This document shows positions 1 to 10,215 of a stretch of 64,000 nucleotides of DNA, in pieces (positions within the stretch are counted from its first letter, which is position 1; each line of letters begins with the position of its first letter). A program made the translations under genes and the position numbers. A model generated the notes under the pieces. It worked only from the letters and a program-made list of their open reading frames with translations. It had not been told where the DNA came from and made no database searches. The DNA is from Hydrurus foetidus (lineage: Eukaryota), in contig UYFQ01000141.1 of the NCBI GenBank assembly GCA_900617105.1, positions 1-64,000 on the forward strand. Direction: 5' to 3'.

Positions 1-488
1 CCCTGAACCACCACATGCTTGCCCGTAAGGGCATCGAATTCAGGTGGTGCATAGAAAACCTGCAAGCCTTCAAACGCAGCCAGCCCTGGCACCATGAGTT
101 TGCGCGGCACAAAGGCACCTGCACCTGCGGCAATGATGAGGGTCTTGGCGGTGAAATTCAGCCCCGCTGAGTCGTGATGGCAAAACGCCCATCGTCCTGG
201 CGCGCTGACCAACTGCCCCCAGTGCAATGGCGCAATGCATCTGTGCAACCAAAGGCGCAATTTGCTGCCGCAGCGCTGCCGCCAACGCCCGCCCAGTGGT
301 AGCGGGCAGGCCGGGATATCGTAAATGGGTTTGTCAGGGTAGAGCTGCGCGCACTGGCCGCCAGGGTGGGGCAGGGCGTCAATCACGTGGACTTTTACTT
401 CCAGCAGGCCCAGCTGGAAGACTTGGAACAGGCCCACCGGGCCCGCGCCGACATGACGGCGTCGGCTTCGATGAGGGCTAAAGCCATG
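1..488 (-). CDS. TrxB-like NAD(P)/FAD-dependent oxidoreductase (ferredoxin-NADP+ reductase type), 5' part, runs off window; apparent frameshifts
   Basis: Joined minus-strand frames give IEADAV..(GAGPVG)LFQVFQLGLLE..GGQCAQLYPDKPIYDIPG..IIAAGAGAF..KHVVVQG; lies directly downstream of the ferredoxin. Confidence 0.75.
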
Positions 489-509
489 CCGTGCGGGCCG
501 TGCTGAAAA

Positions 510-839
510 TCAGCGCACCAACTCTTCAAGCTTGCCCGTGCGGTCTTTCCACTCGTCAGCGTCGTCAAGTTGTGGCTTGCGCTTGGTGATGCTCTTCCAG
601 CTGGAGAGGCGCGCCAGTTCGACATTCAGGCCGATCATGTGCTGCTGGTCTGCAGGCACATCTTCTTCGGCGTAGATGGCGTTCACGGGGCATTCGGGGA
701 TGCACACCGCGCAGTCGATGCATTCATCGGGGTCAATGGTGAGGAAGTTCGGGCCTTCGCGGAAGCAATCCACGGGACAAACGTCCACACAATCGGTAAA
801 TTTGCAGCGGATGCAGGCTTCGGTGACGACGTGGGTCAT
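510..839 (-). CDS. fdxA: 7Fe ferredoxin (FdxA family)
   Basis: [38 protein letters not shown] cysteine pattern. Confidence 0.95.
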   Translation of the reverse strand: MTHVVTEACIRCKFTDCVDVCPVDCFREGPNFLTIDPDECIDCAVCIPECPVNAIYAEEDVPADQQHMIGLNVELARLSSWKSITKRKPQLDDADEWKDRTGKLEELVR

Positions 840-955
840 GGTGTTCTGGCGGGTGAAACTGGTATTTTAAGGTTTGAGAGGCGATGGCGTTGTCTTGCTC
901 CCTCGGGCTTGCCACTTTGGGGATAGTGTTGGGGTGAGGGGGCGTTGCAGTGTGG

Positions 956-2309
956 TCAACCCAGCAGCAGCGCGCCCGAGGTCTTGTGGCGAAGCCGTGT
1001 CCACCAGCACCAACGCCCCAGCTGCGTGACTCGGCGTAAGGGCGCACGGCCAGGGCTTCTTGCAGGGTCAGCTCGATGTGGCCGATGGCGTTCGGCAGGC
1101 AGCTCGGTCGCGTCCAGCTCTTCCAGCGTGTTGATGTCCAGGCGGTGGACGATGCGCTTGACTTTGGCTTTCACCCAGCGGTGACCATGCAAGGCCCAGT
1201 AGACGCGGCCTGCGACCAGGGCTTCGTCGTCCATCCAGGCGAGGCCACGCGCTGGCCTTGCAGGCTGGCGGGGCTGGTTCGTCAAAGTCGGCATCCACGG
1301 TTTGTGCGTTGGGGCGTCGTTGGAGGCCAAAATCCAGTCGCCGCGCGACACATCCACCTCGCGGTCCAGCACCAGGCCGGCGCCGTGGCCTGCACCCACG
1401 TTCTTGGGCACGCGCGCATGGTTCAGCACTTGGGCCACCACGGCGGTCGCGCCGCTGGGCAGGATGGAGACGGTGTCGCCCGGCTGCACGGTGCCTGTGG
1501 CCACACGGCCCCAGAACACGCGGCGGCCTTTGCTGGTGTCCGCCGAGTCATGGAACTTCTCGACCCACTGCACCGGGAAGGCGAAGGGCACGTCGGTTTC
1601 GGCCGCCGTCACTGGCAGGGTTTCCAGCAGGCTCAGCAGGCTGGGGCCGTTGTAGCCGCACCAGTCGGGGTTGGCCGTCACCACGTTGTGGCCTTTGAGG
1701 GCCGACATGGGGATGGTGGCGGTAACGGTGATGCCGGCTTGGGAGGCAAAGGCGTGCAGCGCCTCGGTAATCTTGGTGAAGGCCTTGGCCGCGTCGTCGC
1801 CCAGCGCGTCCAGCTTGTTCACCGCAAAGATGATGCTGGGCACGCGCAGCAGGTTCACCAGCAGGCTGTGGCGGCGGGTCTGGGGCAGCAGGTCCACCAG
1901 GCCGTCCACATTCCACTTCAGCTTGGTGGCGTCCACCAGCACCACGGCGGCGTGGGCGCTGCTGGCGGCGGTGACCATGTTGCGGGTGTACTGCTCGTGG
2001 CCGGGCGCGTCGCCAATGATGAACTTGCGCGCTGGCGTGGCGAAGTAGCGGTAGGCCACGTCGATGGTGATGCCCTGCTCGCGCTCGGCCGACAGGCCAT
2101 CGGTGAACAAGGCCAGATCGGCCTCGCCGCTTTTGGAGACATTGGCCAATTGGTCCAACATCACGGAGCGGCTGTCCACCAGCAGCCGACCAATCAGCGT
2201 GCTCTTGCCATCGTCCACACTGCCGCAGGTGATGAAGCGCAGGGCGGATGAAGTGTCAGGTCCAGTGTAATTTGTGCACGCTTCCCCCCGTGGAATGTGC
2301 GGGGGTCAT
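956..2309 (-). CDS. cysN: sulfate adenylyltransferase subunit 1 (GTPase); apparent frameshifts near both ends
   Basis: LRFITCGSVDDGKSTLIGRLL, EREQGITIDVAYRYF, DAPGHEQYTRNM, NKLD; follows cysD. Start is inferred across a frameshift. Confidence 0.9.
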
Positions 2310-2333
2310 GCTATAGAAACTAGTAGCAGCGCC

Positions 2334-3293
2334 TTAAAAGTAGCCATCCTTCTTGCGCTTCTCCATCGACGCATCCGAGGTCTTGTCGTCCATGCGGGTT
2401 GCACCGCGCTCGCTCACATCGGCGGCAAGGGTTTCGATCACGATGTCGGCGGCGGTGGCTGCCAGGCTTTCTACGGGGCAGGTGCAGGTGATGTCACCCA
2501 CAGTGCGAAAGCGCACATGGCGGGTCTCAGCCGTTTCACCGGCTTTGAGTGGAGTGAGGGGGGTTACGGGCACCAGCAGGCCTTTGCGCTCGACCACTTC
2601 ACGTTCGTGCGTGTAGTAAAGCGAGGGCAGGGCGATGTTTTCGCGGTCGATGTACTGCCACACGTCGAGTTCCGTCCAGTTGCTGATGGGGAACACGCGG
2701 AAGTGTTCGCCGGGCTGCAATTTGGTGTTGAACAGGTTCCACAACTCAGGGCGCTGCGCCTTGGGTTGCCATTGGCCGAAGCTGTCGCGGTGGCTGAAGA
2801 TGCGTTCTTTGGCGCGGGCTTTTTCTTCGTCGCGGCGGGCACCACCGATCAGCGCATCAAAGCGGAATTCGTCAATCGCTTCCAAGAGCGTGACGGACTG
2901 GTGCACGTTGCGCGACTCGCCGGGGTGGCTCAAGCGCACCGTGCCACGTGCCATCGAGTCTTCGACGCTGCGCACGATCAGCTCGGCGCCCAGTTCTTTG
3001 GCGCGTGAATCGCGGAAATCGGTCACTTCATGGAAGTTGTGGCCGGTGTCGATCATCAGCAGCGGGTAGGGAATGCCGCCACCGGACACTTTGGAGCCGA
3101 AGGCTTTTTCAGCGCATTTCAGCAGCACCAGGGAGTCTTTGCCACCCGAGAACAGCAGCGTAGGTCGCTCGAACACGGCGGCGACTTCGCGCAGAATGAA
3201 GATGGTTTCCTCTTCCAGCGCATCGAGGTGAGCGTTGCTGAGGTGGTGAGTGGTTTCGTGCTTTAACAATTCAGGCTCCGTGCGGGCGTTCAT
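2334..3293 (-). CDS. cysD: sulfate adenylyltransferase subunit 2
   Basis: SGGKDS PP-loop, GGARRDEEKARAKERIFS, C-terminal SMEKRKKDGYF. Confidence 0.97.
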   Translation of the reverse strand: MNARTEPELLKHETTHHLSNAHLDALEEETIFILREVAAVFERPTLLFSGGKDSLVLLKCAEKAFGSKVSGGGIPYPLLMIDTGHNFHEVTDFRDSRAKELGAELIVRSVEDSMARGTVRLSHPGESRNVHQSVTLLEAIDEFRFDALIGGARRDEEKARAKERIFSHRDSFGQWQPKAQRPELWNLFNTKLQPGEHFRVFPISNWTELDVWQYIDRENIALPSLYYTHEREVVERKGLLVPVTPLTPLKAGETAETRHVRFRTVGDITCTCPVESLAATAADIVIETLAADVSERGATRMDDKTSDASMEKRKKDGYF

Positions 3294-4058
3294 GCGGGGG
3301 TTCTTTCGGAAAGGCTGCTGATTTGAACAGCTTCAGTGCCTTCGGCTTTGACGTGCAAGCCACATTCTTTGGCGTTCTCATCCTCCCACCACCAGCGCCC
3401 AGCGCGGAAGTCTTCTCCCATGCTGATGGCGCGGGTGCAAGGCGCACAGCCGATGCTGGGGAAAAACTGGTCGTGCAGTGGGTTGTAGGCCACGTTATGC
3501 AGTTTGATGTAATGCCATACATCCCCCCATGTCCAGTTGGCCAGGGGGTTGTATTTGGCGGCCCGTGGTGGCAAGCTCGCGTCATCGGTCAAGGGCACGT
3601 CGGCACGCGCCCCCGATTGCTCACGGCGCAGGCCGGTGACCCAGGCCTTTTTATCGGCCAGCGCACGGTTCCAGCGGCTCCATCTTGCGGATACCGCAGC
3701 AGGCCTTGCGCAACTCGATGCTCTTGTACATCGCGTCTTTGCCTTCGCGTTTCACAAAGGTGATGACCGACTCAGGGTTGGGGCGGTACACCGTCACTGG
3801 TGCACGTGAAGACTGCGTAGCGCTCTAAAATCTGTAGCGTTTCAGCGTGCAGCTTGCCGGTTTCCAGCACAAAGATGGCAGGTCCAGTTGGAGGCTGTTG
3901 ATGAGGTGGGTGATGACCACATCTTCCGCCCCCAGGCTGGACGCTTGGGTGACTTCATTGGCTGCAAAAGTTGTAGCGGCCTGGGTAAGCAGGCCTGTGC
4001 CTCAGCCAGTTTGGCGTGAACGTCGCGGAGGCTTTGGCGTTCAAATCATCGCGCTCAT
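3290..4058 (-). CDS. cysH: APS/PAPS reductase; several apparent frameshifts
   Basis: Fragments ASSLGAEDVV, ETGKLH, CCGIRK, YNPLHDQFFPSIGCAPCTR, KECGLH. Confidence 0.85.
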
Positions 4059-4461
4059 TCGGCTTCCTTCGCAAAGTGCGGGCGGTGTTGGCCTCATCGC
4101 CTTGGTAAAACGCCGGGTAGCGGGTGAACTGCGTCGCCCGGTGAATGGCGTCAATGCGCGGGCACGTCCAAATCTGGCGCGCAGCACGGCGGTGTCAAAC
4201 CCGTGCGCTGCATCTGCACCAGCTGGTCGACCAACACATCACCCGTGGCGCGGATTTCACCCGTGAAGCCCCGGCGGCGGCGCAGCAAAAAGGCCTGGCT
4301 GTAGGCGCGGCCGTCGGTGAATTTGGGGAAATTCAGCTCGATGCGCTGCACGCCTTCGAGGGCGAGGTCTAAAGGATTGGCATCGTTGGCCAACACCACG
4401 GTTTGGACTTCAGTTTCTCGATAGCGCCCTCTTGGCGGGCGTTGAGTGCTATTAGTTTCAT
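4055..4461 (-). CDS. DUF934 family protein (sulfite reductase-associated); apparent frameshifts
   Basis: IELNFPKFTDGRAYSQAFLLR..GEIRATGDVLVDQL; sits between cysI and cysH. Confidence 0.8.
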
Positions 4462-4478
4462 ATTTTTCAATCGTTTCT

Positions 4479-6289
4479 TTAAACCGCCACAGCCCGCTGT
4501 GTCGACGTGCGTGCTGCGTTGGCTGGCAGCTTGAACGGCTCAGCGCCCACGCGCGCACGGTGTCGATGAAGGTTTCGCGCCCAGGGTCAGGCTTTGGCGC
4601 TCTTGTTTGTAGACGTTGAGCACGGCTTCGATCACTTCGGGCACTTCGGCTGCGGTAAACGATGGGCCAACCACCTTGCCGGCCACCGGTGTGCCGCTCA
4701 GCACGGAGCCGTCTGAGCCGCCCAGGGTGACTTGGTACCACTCTTGGCCGTCTTTATCGACACCCAAAATGCCGATGTGGCCGCTGTGGTGGTGGCCGCA
4801 GGAGTTGATGCAGCCGCTGATGTGCAGGTCGATCTCGCCCAGGTCGTACAGCTCGTCGAGGTCTTGGTAGCGTTCGGTGATGGCTGCAGCCAGGGGGATG
4901 GAGCGGGCGTTGGCGAGTGAGCAAAAATCGCCGCCGGGGCAGGCGATCATGTCGGTCAGTAAGCGGGTTTGGGCGCGGGCGAGGCCCAGGCGTTTCGCCT
5001 CTGCCCAGACGGAGGGCAAGTCGCTGGCGTTGATCCAAGGCAGCACGATGTTTTGGTCGTGCGTGACGCGGGTTTCACCGGCGGAAAAGCGATCGGCCAA
5101 TTCGGCCACGGCATCCAGCTGGTCAGCGCTGGCGTCGCCGGGGGCGGAACCCTCTTGGCTGAACGTACGCTTGAATGACAAAGTGACGATGCGCAGGCTG
5201 GCGTTCTTGTGCGGGGCCACGTTGCGCTCAAGCCAGCGGCTGAATTCAGGGTTGTTGACGGTATCGGCTTGTACCAAAGTTGCTACTTTTTCTGTAGCGC
5301 TCTGCGCCCGTGCAGTAAGCACAGGAGGCATAAAACAGGCTGAAACACGGTCAAACTCGGCTTGGGTGATGGTGTGGGGTGCGCCGTCGAGTTCGATGAT
5401 GGCTTTGTACTCGGCCTCCACCTCATCGATGAAGCGCTGGCCTTCGGCTTTCACCAAAATTTTGATGCGGGCCTTGTAGATGTTGTCGCGGCGACCAAAG
5501 CGGTTATAGACCCGCACGATGGCTTCCAGGTAGTTCAGCATCTGGTTCCAGGGCAGGAACTGGCGAATCGTGCTGGCGATCACAGGCGTGCGGCCCATGC
5601 CACCACCCACCAGGACCGCGCAAACCCACTTCACCTGCTTCGTTTTTGATGACGTGCATCCCCACATCGTGCCAATGGGTGGCCGCGCGGTCGTCCGTTG
5701 CACCTGAGAAGGCGACTTTGAACTTGCGTGGCAGCAGCGCGAACTCAGGTTGCAGTGTGCTCCACTGGCGCAAAATTTCACAGTAAGGGCGGGGGTCAAC
5801 GATCTCATCCACGGCCACGCCAGCGCGTTCGTCGGTGGTGGTGTTGCGGATGCAGTTGCCGCTGGTCTGGATGCCGTGCAGGTTGACGCTGGCCAGCAAG
5901 TCCATCACATCAGCGCTGTCTTTCAGGCTGATCCAGTTGTACTGCACGTTTTGGCGTGTGGTGAAGTGGCCGTAGCCCCGCAGGTGGTGCCGCCTGCCAT
6001 GGGCCTTGCGCCAATTGCAAGCGGTAGCGGCCAGGGCTTTGGCGCCGGGGGCATCGTAGTCACGGGCGATTTTGGCGAGCACGCGGATTTGGGCGCTGTT
6101 CAGCTCGCCGTAGGGCACGGCCACGCGCAGCATGGGCGCGTAGCGCTGCACGTACCAGCCGTTTTGCAGGCGCAAGGGTTTGAATTCGTCTTCCGTCAGC
6201 AAGCCTGACTGCCAGCGGCCCAGTTGGTCGCGGAACTGGTCGGCGCGGGCTTTGACGAAGGCTTTGTCGAAATCGGTGTAGGTGTACAT
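4479..6289 (-). CDS. cysI: sulfite reductase hemoprotein (nitrite/sulfite reductase family); apparent frameshifts
   Basis: PLRLQNGWY, HFTTRQN, TSGNCIRN, LPRKFK, CPGGDFCSLA and SGCINSCGHHH siroheme/4Fe-4S ligands. Confidence 0.9.
5280..5345 (+). repeat. copy of the ~65-bp dispersed palindromic repeat, in frame within cysI
   Basis: tgctactttttctgtagcgctctgcgcccgtgcagtaagcacaggaggc..caggctgaaa aligns by eye with the 32719 and 33883 copies; encodes SACFMPPVLTARAQSATEKVA. Confidence 0.6.
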
Positions 6290-6321
6290 CGTGGGGACTG
6301 TGTTTTTATGTGGAAATGAAA

Positions 6322-7123
6322 TCAGATGGCCATCAGCTTGAAGCCGGCATAGGCCATCAGTACCGAGAGCAGCGAGCGGATCACGCGCTCAGGCGTTTTT
6401 TGGGACAGTTGGGTGCCGATCCAGATGCCGGGCAGCGAGCCCGCCAGCAGCTTGAGCAGCAAATCCCAATCGACCGAGCCGTTGGCCGCATGGCCCAGGC
6501 CCGCCACCAGGGTGAGGGGCACTGCGTGGGCAATGTCGGCGGCGATGATACGCGGCAAGGGGCAGCAGGGGGTACAGCAGCATCAGCACCGTGACGCCAA
6601 TGGCGCCTGCACCCACAGAGGTGAGCGTGACCAGCACGCCGATGAACGCACCAAACAAGGTGGGCAGCGCCCAGTGCTTGGCCTGGGTCGGTTTGCGGCC
6701 TGTACCCGGCGTGAAGGCGCGTCGTTGGCAGCAGGGGCGTTTTTGCCTTTGATGGCCTTGTACAGGTGGCTACCGCTGTCAGCAACAGTGCCACACCCAA
6801 TGTCGTGGTCATGGCGTGCTGGACGGCAGCGTTGGCAGGCCCGAGTTCGCGCAGGATGTACAGCGTCACCAGCGTAGCGGGGACGCTACCTAAAGCGACT
6901 TGGCCACCACTGACCAATCAATCACCTTGGCACGGGCGAGGTTGATGGAGCCGCCCATTTTGGTGAACGCGGCAAACAGCAGGTCGGTCCCTACGGCCAG
7001 ATAGGGCTTCACGCCAAAGAAGAAGATCAGGATGGGCGTCATCAGCGAGCCGCCGCCGACCCCTGTGAGCCCCACCACCAAGCCTACAAAGAAGCCCGCA
7101 AATACAAACGCCAAATCATGCAT
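6322..7123 (-). CDS. sulfite exporter TauE/SafE family membrane protein; apparent frameshifts
   Basis: GLTGVGGGSLMTP, AVGTDL, LTSVGAGAIG, AADIAHAVPLTLVAG; first gene of the cys operon. Confidence 0.85.
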
Positions 7124-7192
7124 AGGCACGGACTGTAGAGGGGCTGGCTTAGATTGAAAACTATTTTTTTGCTATGGGGGTATGAGGTTTGG

Positions 7193-7657
7193 TTATATGG
7201 ATACCCTGCCAACCTCCAGCCGCTTCTTCAATGCCGCAAGTCCCAAGGACGCGCGTTTGTCCATCACCCGCCGGGCCAATGGGAGTAACGTGTAGCGGAT
7301 GATGAAGCTGGAGTTTCTGCTGAACATGCGCCAAGTGAGCTGGCAGGAGTTTGGCCCTGTGTCACGCAATTCGATTTCCATGCGTGGCATGAGCGGGGGA
7401 AGCTGTCCCTCCGTGGCGAAAAATTGACGGCTGCGCACCTCACGCACCTCCATTTTGACTTTTCGCATTCCCCTGAGTGGTACTGACACGGTTTCAAGGT
7501 ATTCCTTGCCTTGTTGCCCGTGGTCGAGCGCGTTGGCCGATGCGATGGAGATGACGCCGGGGAACCATTCCCCAAACTTCTCCATGTTGGATACGAGCCC
7601 GAATACAACCAACGCGGGCTGCTGGATGTGGATGGTCTTTTCAGTCAGTAAATGCAT
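7193..7657 (-). CDS. SRPBCC (polyketide cyclase/START-like) family protein
   Basis: TIHIQQPALVVFGLVSNMEKFGEWFPGV is a typical SRPBCC N-terminus; divergent from a MerR gene. Confidence 0.7.
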   Translation of the reverse strand: MHLLTEKTIHIQQPALVVFGLVSNMEKFGEWFPGVISIASANALDHGQQGKEYLETVSVPLRGMRKVKMEVREVRSRQFFATEGQLPPLMPRMEIELRDTGPNSCQLTWRMFSRNSSFIIRYTLLPLARRVMDKRASLGLAALKKRLEVGRVSI

Positions 7658-7689
7658 AGGGATGTGGTCATAAAGTTGTGCCAACAGCC

Positions 7690-7721
7690 ATGCTAATGTG
7701 TAGAGTAGGGTCTACAGTCAA
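7690..7721 (-). promoter_or_regulatory. MerR-type promoter/operator for the SRPBCC gene
   Basis: Minus strand TTGACT-20 bp-TAGCAT, with the dyad TGTAGA-N6-TCTACA in the long spacer. Confidence 0.75.
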
Positions 7722-7731
7722 GAGGACATTC

Positions 7732-8112
7732 ATGCGTATTGCCGAGCTGGAAAGCAAAACCGGGCTGGGGCGCCATGCACTTCGCTTTTACGAGCGCGAG
7801 GGCCTGCTGGTCGGCGTAAGCCGTGGCCCCAACAATTACCGCGACTACCCGGAGTCAGCGGTCAAAGACGCCACCTTGCTGCAACAGCTCCAATCCCTGG
7901 GGTTCTCACTGCAAGAGATACGTGAGGTGCTGAACGCCATGCGCGCAAAAAGCATCGATTGCGCGCAAGGCGCCCGCTTGATGGCAGAAAAACGCACCGC
8001 GGTCGAAGTCCAAATTGCGAACCTGCGCAAGGTCAGCAAGATACTGATGCGGGAACAGCAGCGGCTGGAAGACAGAGCGGCGCGTCAAAATCTCTCAGAG
8101 AAGCCTAGTTAA
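7732..8112 (+). CDS. MerR family transcriptional regulator
   Basis: MRIAELESKTGLGRHALRFYEREGLL..NNYRDY..LGFSLQEI. Confidence 0.92.
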   Translation: MRIAELESKTGLGRHALRFYEREGLLVGVSRGPNNYRDYPESAVKDATLLQQLQSLGFSLQEIREVLNAMRAKSIDCAQGARLMAEKRTAVEVQIANLRKVSKILMREQQRLEDRAARQNLSEKPS

Positions 8113-8271
8113 TATATATGGCGGCTTCAGGCCAGACTCAGTCGCGTGAATCCGAAGCGGACGGACGTTACGCTGTATCCAGCTGAAAGTACCCCTCCCG
8201 AACTCCTATCTTTCCGCTGACCGTGCGTGTCGATTGAAATGCGCAACAAGTCTTGTGTAGATAGGCGGCCT

Positions 8272-9090
8272 TCAATCAAGCACGAATTTTTTCCAGCAGG
8301 TTGCCCCAACAACTCCAAGGACCACGAACAAAATGCCAACTAAAAAACCAGCTCCCAACCAGGCATAGAAGAGCCACCCAACGAGCGCCGCAAAAACAGC
8401 GTGAAGGATGGACTGACGTTTTGAGAAGTGCGCCGTGACGGCGCCACTGGCCAATGGCCCGCACACGAAAAGCATGAAATATGCAAGCATGTAGTCAACG
8501 CTCGGAGAATCGATGTCGGGCTGTTTGACATCGCCTAGAAAGGATACTTTGAACCAGAACGAAACAAAGTACGGAAAAATAAACCCAACAAACGCTCCAA
8601 CGCCGACCGCTATAGGTTTGACGCTACCCACCGTATTTAACGTAGATGTAAACACCAGACCAAAGGCGTCCGAAAACCTGCGGTGTGGACGCCCGGGTCG
8701 ACTTCTAAGTTCGGCATGATCGGATTTCGTTGGTGCCCGCTTCTCCAAACCAAGAAAAACCATTCCTAAAGCGATGAGTACTGCGCTGGCGTCGACAAAC
8801 ATCGGACCAGCTGTCAAGCAAATGCCAAGCCACCGACCACAGCCAATGATAAGAAGAACCTTTCCCGTGATCCCTAGCTTTGCATAACGACTCTTGCCCA
8901 ATACGCTTGAAACTTGCCAACTACACGCTAGGATAAATGGCGCGGAAAACATGACACCCGCATTAAAAAACGCAATGCCGTACTGCGATGCGTGCCCGTC
9001 GGAAGTGGCGCCAGTCAAGACAGTGATCGCTACCGCAACTGCAATCGCAAGCAACCCGAACACAAAACTCAAGGTTATAGCCATACACAA
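8272..9090 (-). CDS. hypothetical multi-pass membrane protein, probably a read-through fusion of two integron-cassette ORFs
   Basis: Visibly lower GC than its flanks; two hydrophobic halves joined by a polar linker that coincides with an attC-like site. Confidence 0.6.
   Translation of the reverse strand: MCMAITLSFVFGLLAIAVAVAITVLTGATSDGHASQYGIAFFNAGVMFSAPFILACSWQVSSVLGKSRYAKLGITGKVLLIIGCGRWLGICLTAGPMFVDASAVLIALGMVFLGLEKRAPTKSDHAELRSRPGRPHRRFSDAFGLVFTSTLNTVGSVKPIAVGVGAFVGFIFPYFVSFWFKVSFLGDVKQPDIDSPSVDYMLAYFMLFVCGPLASGAVTAHFSKRQSILHAVFAALVGWLFYAWLGAGFLVGILFVVLGVVGATCWKKFVLD
8635..8715 (-). mobile_element. degenerate integron attC site (81 bp)
   Basis: Minus strand GCCGAAC-ttaga-agtcgacc..ggcgtcc/ggacgcc hairpin..gtttacatctac-GTTAAAT, matching the RYYYAAC...GTTRRRY layout with one change in R''. 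Confidence 0.6.
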
Positions 9091-9270
9091 AACGGTTGTG
9101 GAAAGGGGTAAGTCACCGAGAACTATAGTTCACTGGAATAGTTCCTTGAACGACTGCTCCCGCCGCATTGCAGTCTACAAGAGCTACACCGGAAGCAGAG
9201 TTCGGCTTCGACCGCTACTAGCCTATGACTCCACTTGGGACGTACGTTTCAAATGCTTTTTCTGCTCAAT

Positions 9271-9334
9271 TTGCTATCAAAATAGAAGCTACTCGCGCAT
9301 ATTCCTTGGGGGCTAGAAGCCAATTTGGTCTAAA
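9271..9334 (+). repeat. intergenic copy of the ~65-bp dispersed palindromic repeat
   Basis: ttgctatcaaaatagaagctactcgcgcatattccttgggggctagaagccaatttggtctaaa. Confidence 0.85.
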
Positions 9335-9348
9335 GCCGTGCTCGCCAA

Positions 9349-10110
9349 CTAGGTATTCGACTGATACGCCGACACCCCATACCCTCCAAACCCTGAGCTG
9401 GTGCTGCTGGAGGATTGGGTGGCCAGTTGCTGCATCAGCGTGGCCATGGCGTTCTTCTGGGTTTTGAGGAGGGTGGCGCGCTGGGTCAGTGCGTCGATGG
9501 AACCAGCTACGGCGCTGCCTACGGCCAGTTCTTTGGTGGCCACCTTGTCGACCAAGCTGCTCAGTTTCTCCAGCGTGGCTTCCACGGCGGCGGGGTTTGC
9601 CTTTTGGGCCGCGTCGAACTTGGTGGCGTCCAGTGTCAGGGTGCCATCGGTTTGCTGCTTGAAGCCAATTTTCTTCAACGCGTCCAGCACGCCGGGGTTG
9701 GAGGTGACGGCCCGGCCCAGGTCGTTGCTCACGCGCTTGGCGTTGCCCGATTCGGCAATGCCTGACGTGGTCTTGCCAGTCGTGATGGCGGTGTTGAAAG
9801 TGCTGACCAGCTTGTTCACCGCCGTTTTGATGTCTGCCGCCGGGGATGCTGCGGTGAGGCCGTTCAGGCGTTTGGCGGCCAGCTGTGCGTCTGACACGGC
9901 GGAGATGAGCTTGCCGTAGGCCGAGAGCTGTGTGGTGGTGGTGTCCAGCTGCGACTGGATGCGGCTACCCGCCTTGGTGGCGGCTTGCGATGCCGGGCTC
10001 AGTTTTGCGGCGGCCTGTGCGGCCTTTTGCTCGGCGGTTTGGGTGCTGGTGTTGGTGCTCGTGCTCGTGACGCCAGCAGTGCTGGACTTGAGTATTTGGC
10101 TGATATCCAC
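9349..10110 (-). CDS. short flagellar cap FliD-like protein (orphan)
   Basis: TQLSAYGKLISAVS (FliD N-terminal-like), LKKIGFKQQTDGTLTLDATKF (FliD C-terminal-like); Ala/Thr/Ser-rich coiled coil; GTG start assumed. Confidence 0.6.
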   Translation of the reverse strand: MDISQILKSSTAGVTSTSTNTSTQTAEQKAAQAAAKLSPASQAATKAGSRIQSQLDTTTTQLSAYGKLISAVSDAQLAAKRLNGLTAASPAADIKTAVNKLVSTFNTAITTGKTTSGIAESGNAKRVSNDLGRAVTSNPGVLDALKKIGFKQQTDGTLTLDATKFDAAQKANPAAVEATLEKLSSLVDKVATKELAVGSAVAGSIDALTQRATLLKTQKNAMATLMQQLATQSSSSTSSGFGGYGVSAYQSNT

Positions 10111-10183
10111 GGTGGTCCCCTGTGCGCAGATGGCGCGTGCGCACGAAGGTACCGGAACCCGCCCAGGCAAGACGCCCGATATG

Positions 10184-10210
10184 GCGGGGAAAAGGCGGGC
10201 ATTTCCCCGC
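10184..10210 (-). terminator. hairpin downstream of the 2OG oxygenase gene
   Basis: gcggggaaa-aggcgggca-tttccccgc inverted repeat; no strong U tract. Confidence 0.4.
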
Positions 10211-10215
10211 TGGGC

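Noticed and set aside
890..950. Degenerate REP-like sequence (..gttggggtgaggggg) between cysN and fdxA
   Set aside because: Single eroded copy in an error-prone zone; not supportable from this window.
956..7123. Pseudogenisation of the sulfate assimilation operon
   Set aside because: Breaks are small indels with motifs preserved, cysB and the chelatase gene are intact, and the same pattern affects unrelated genes at the other end of the window; an artefact is more likely.
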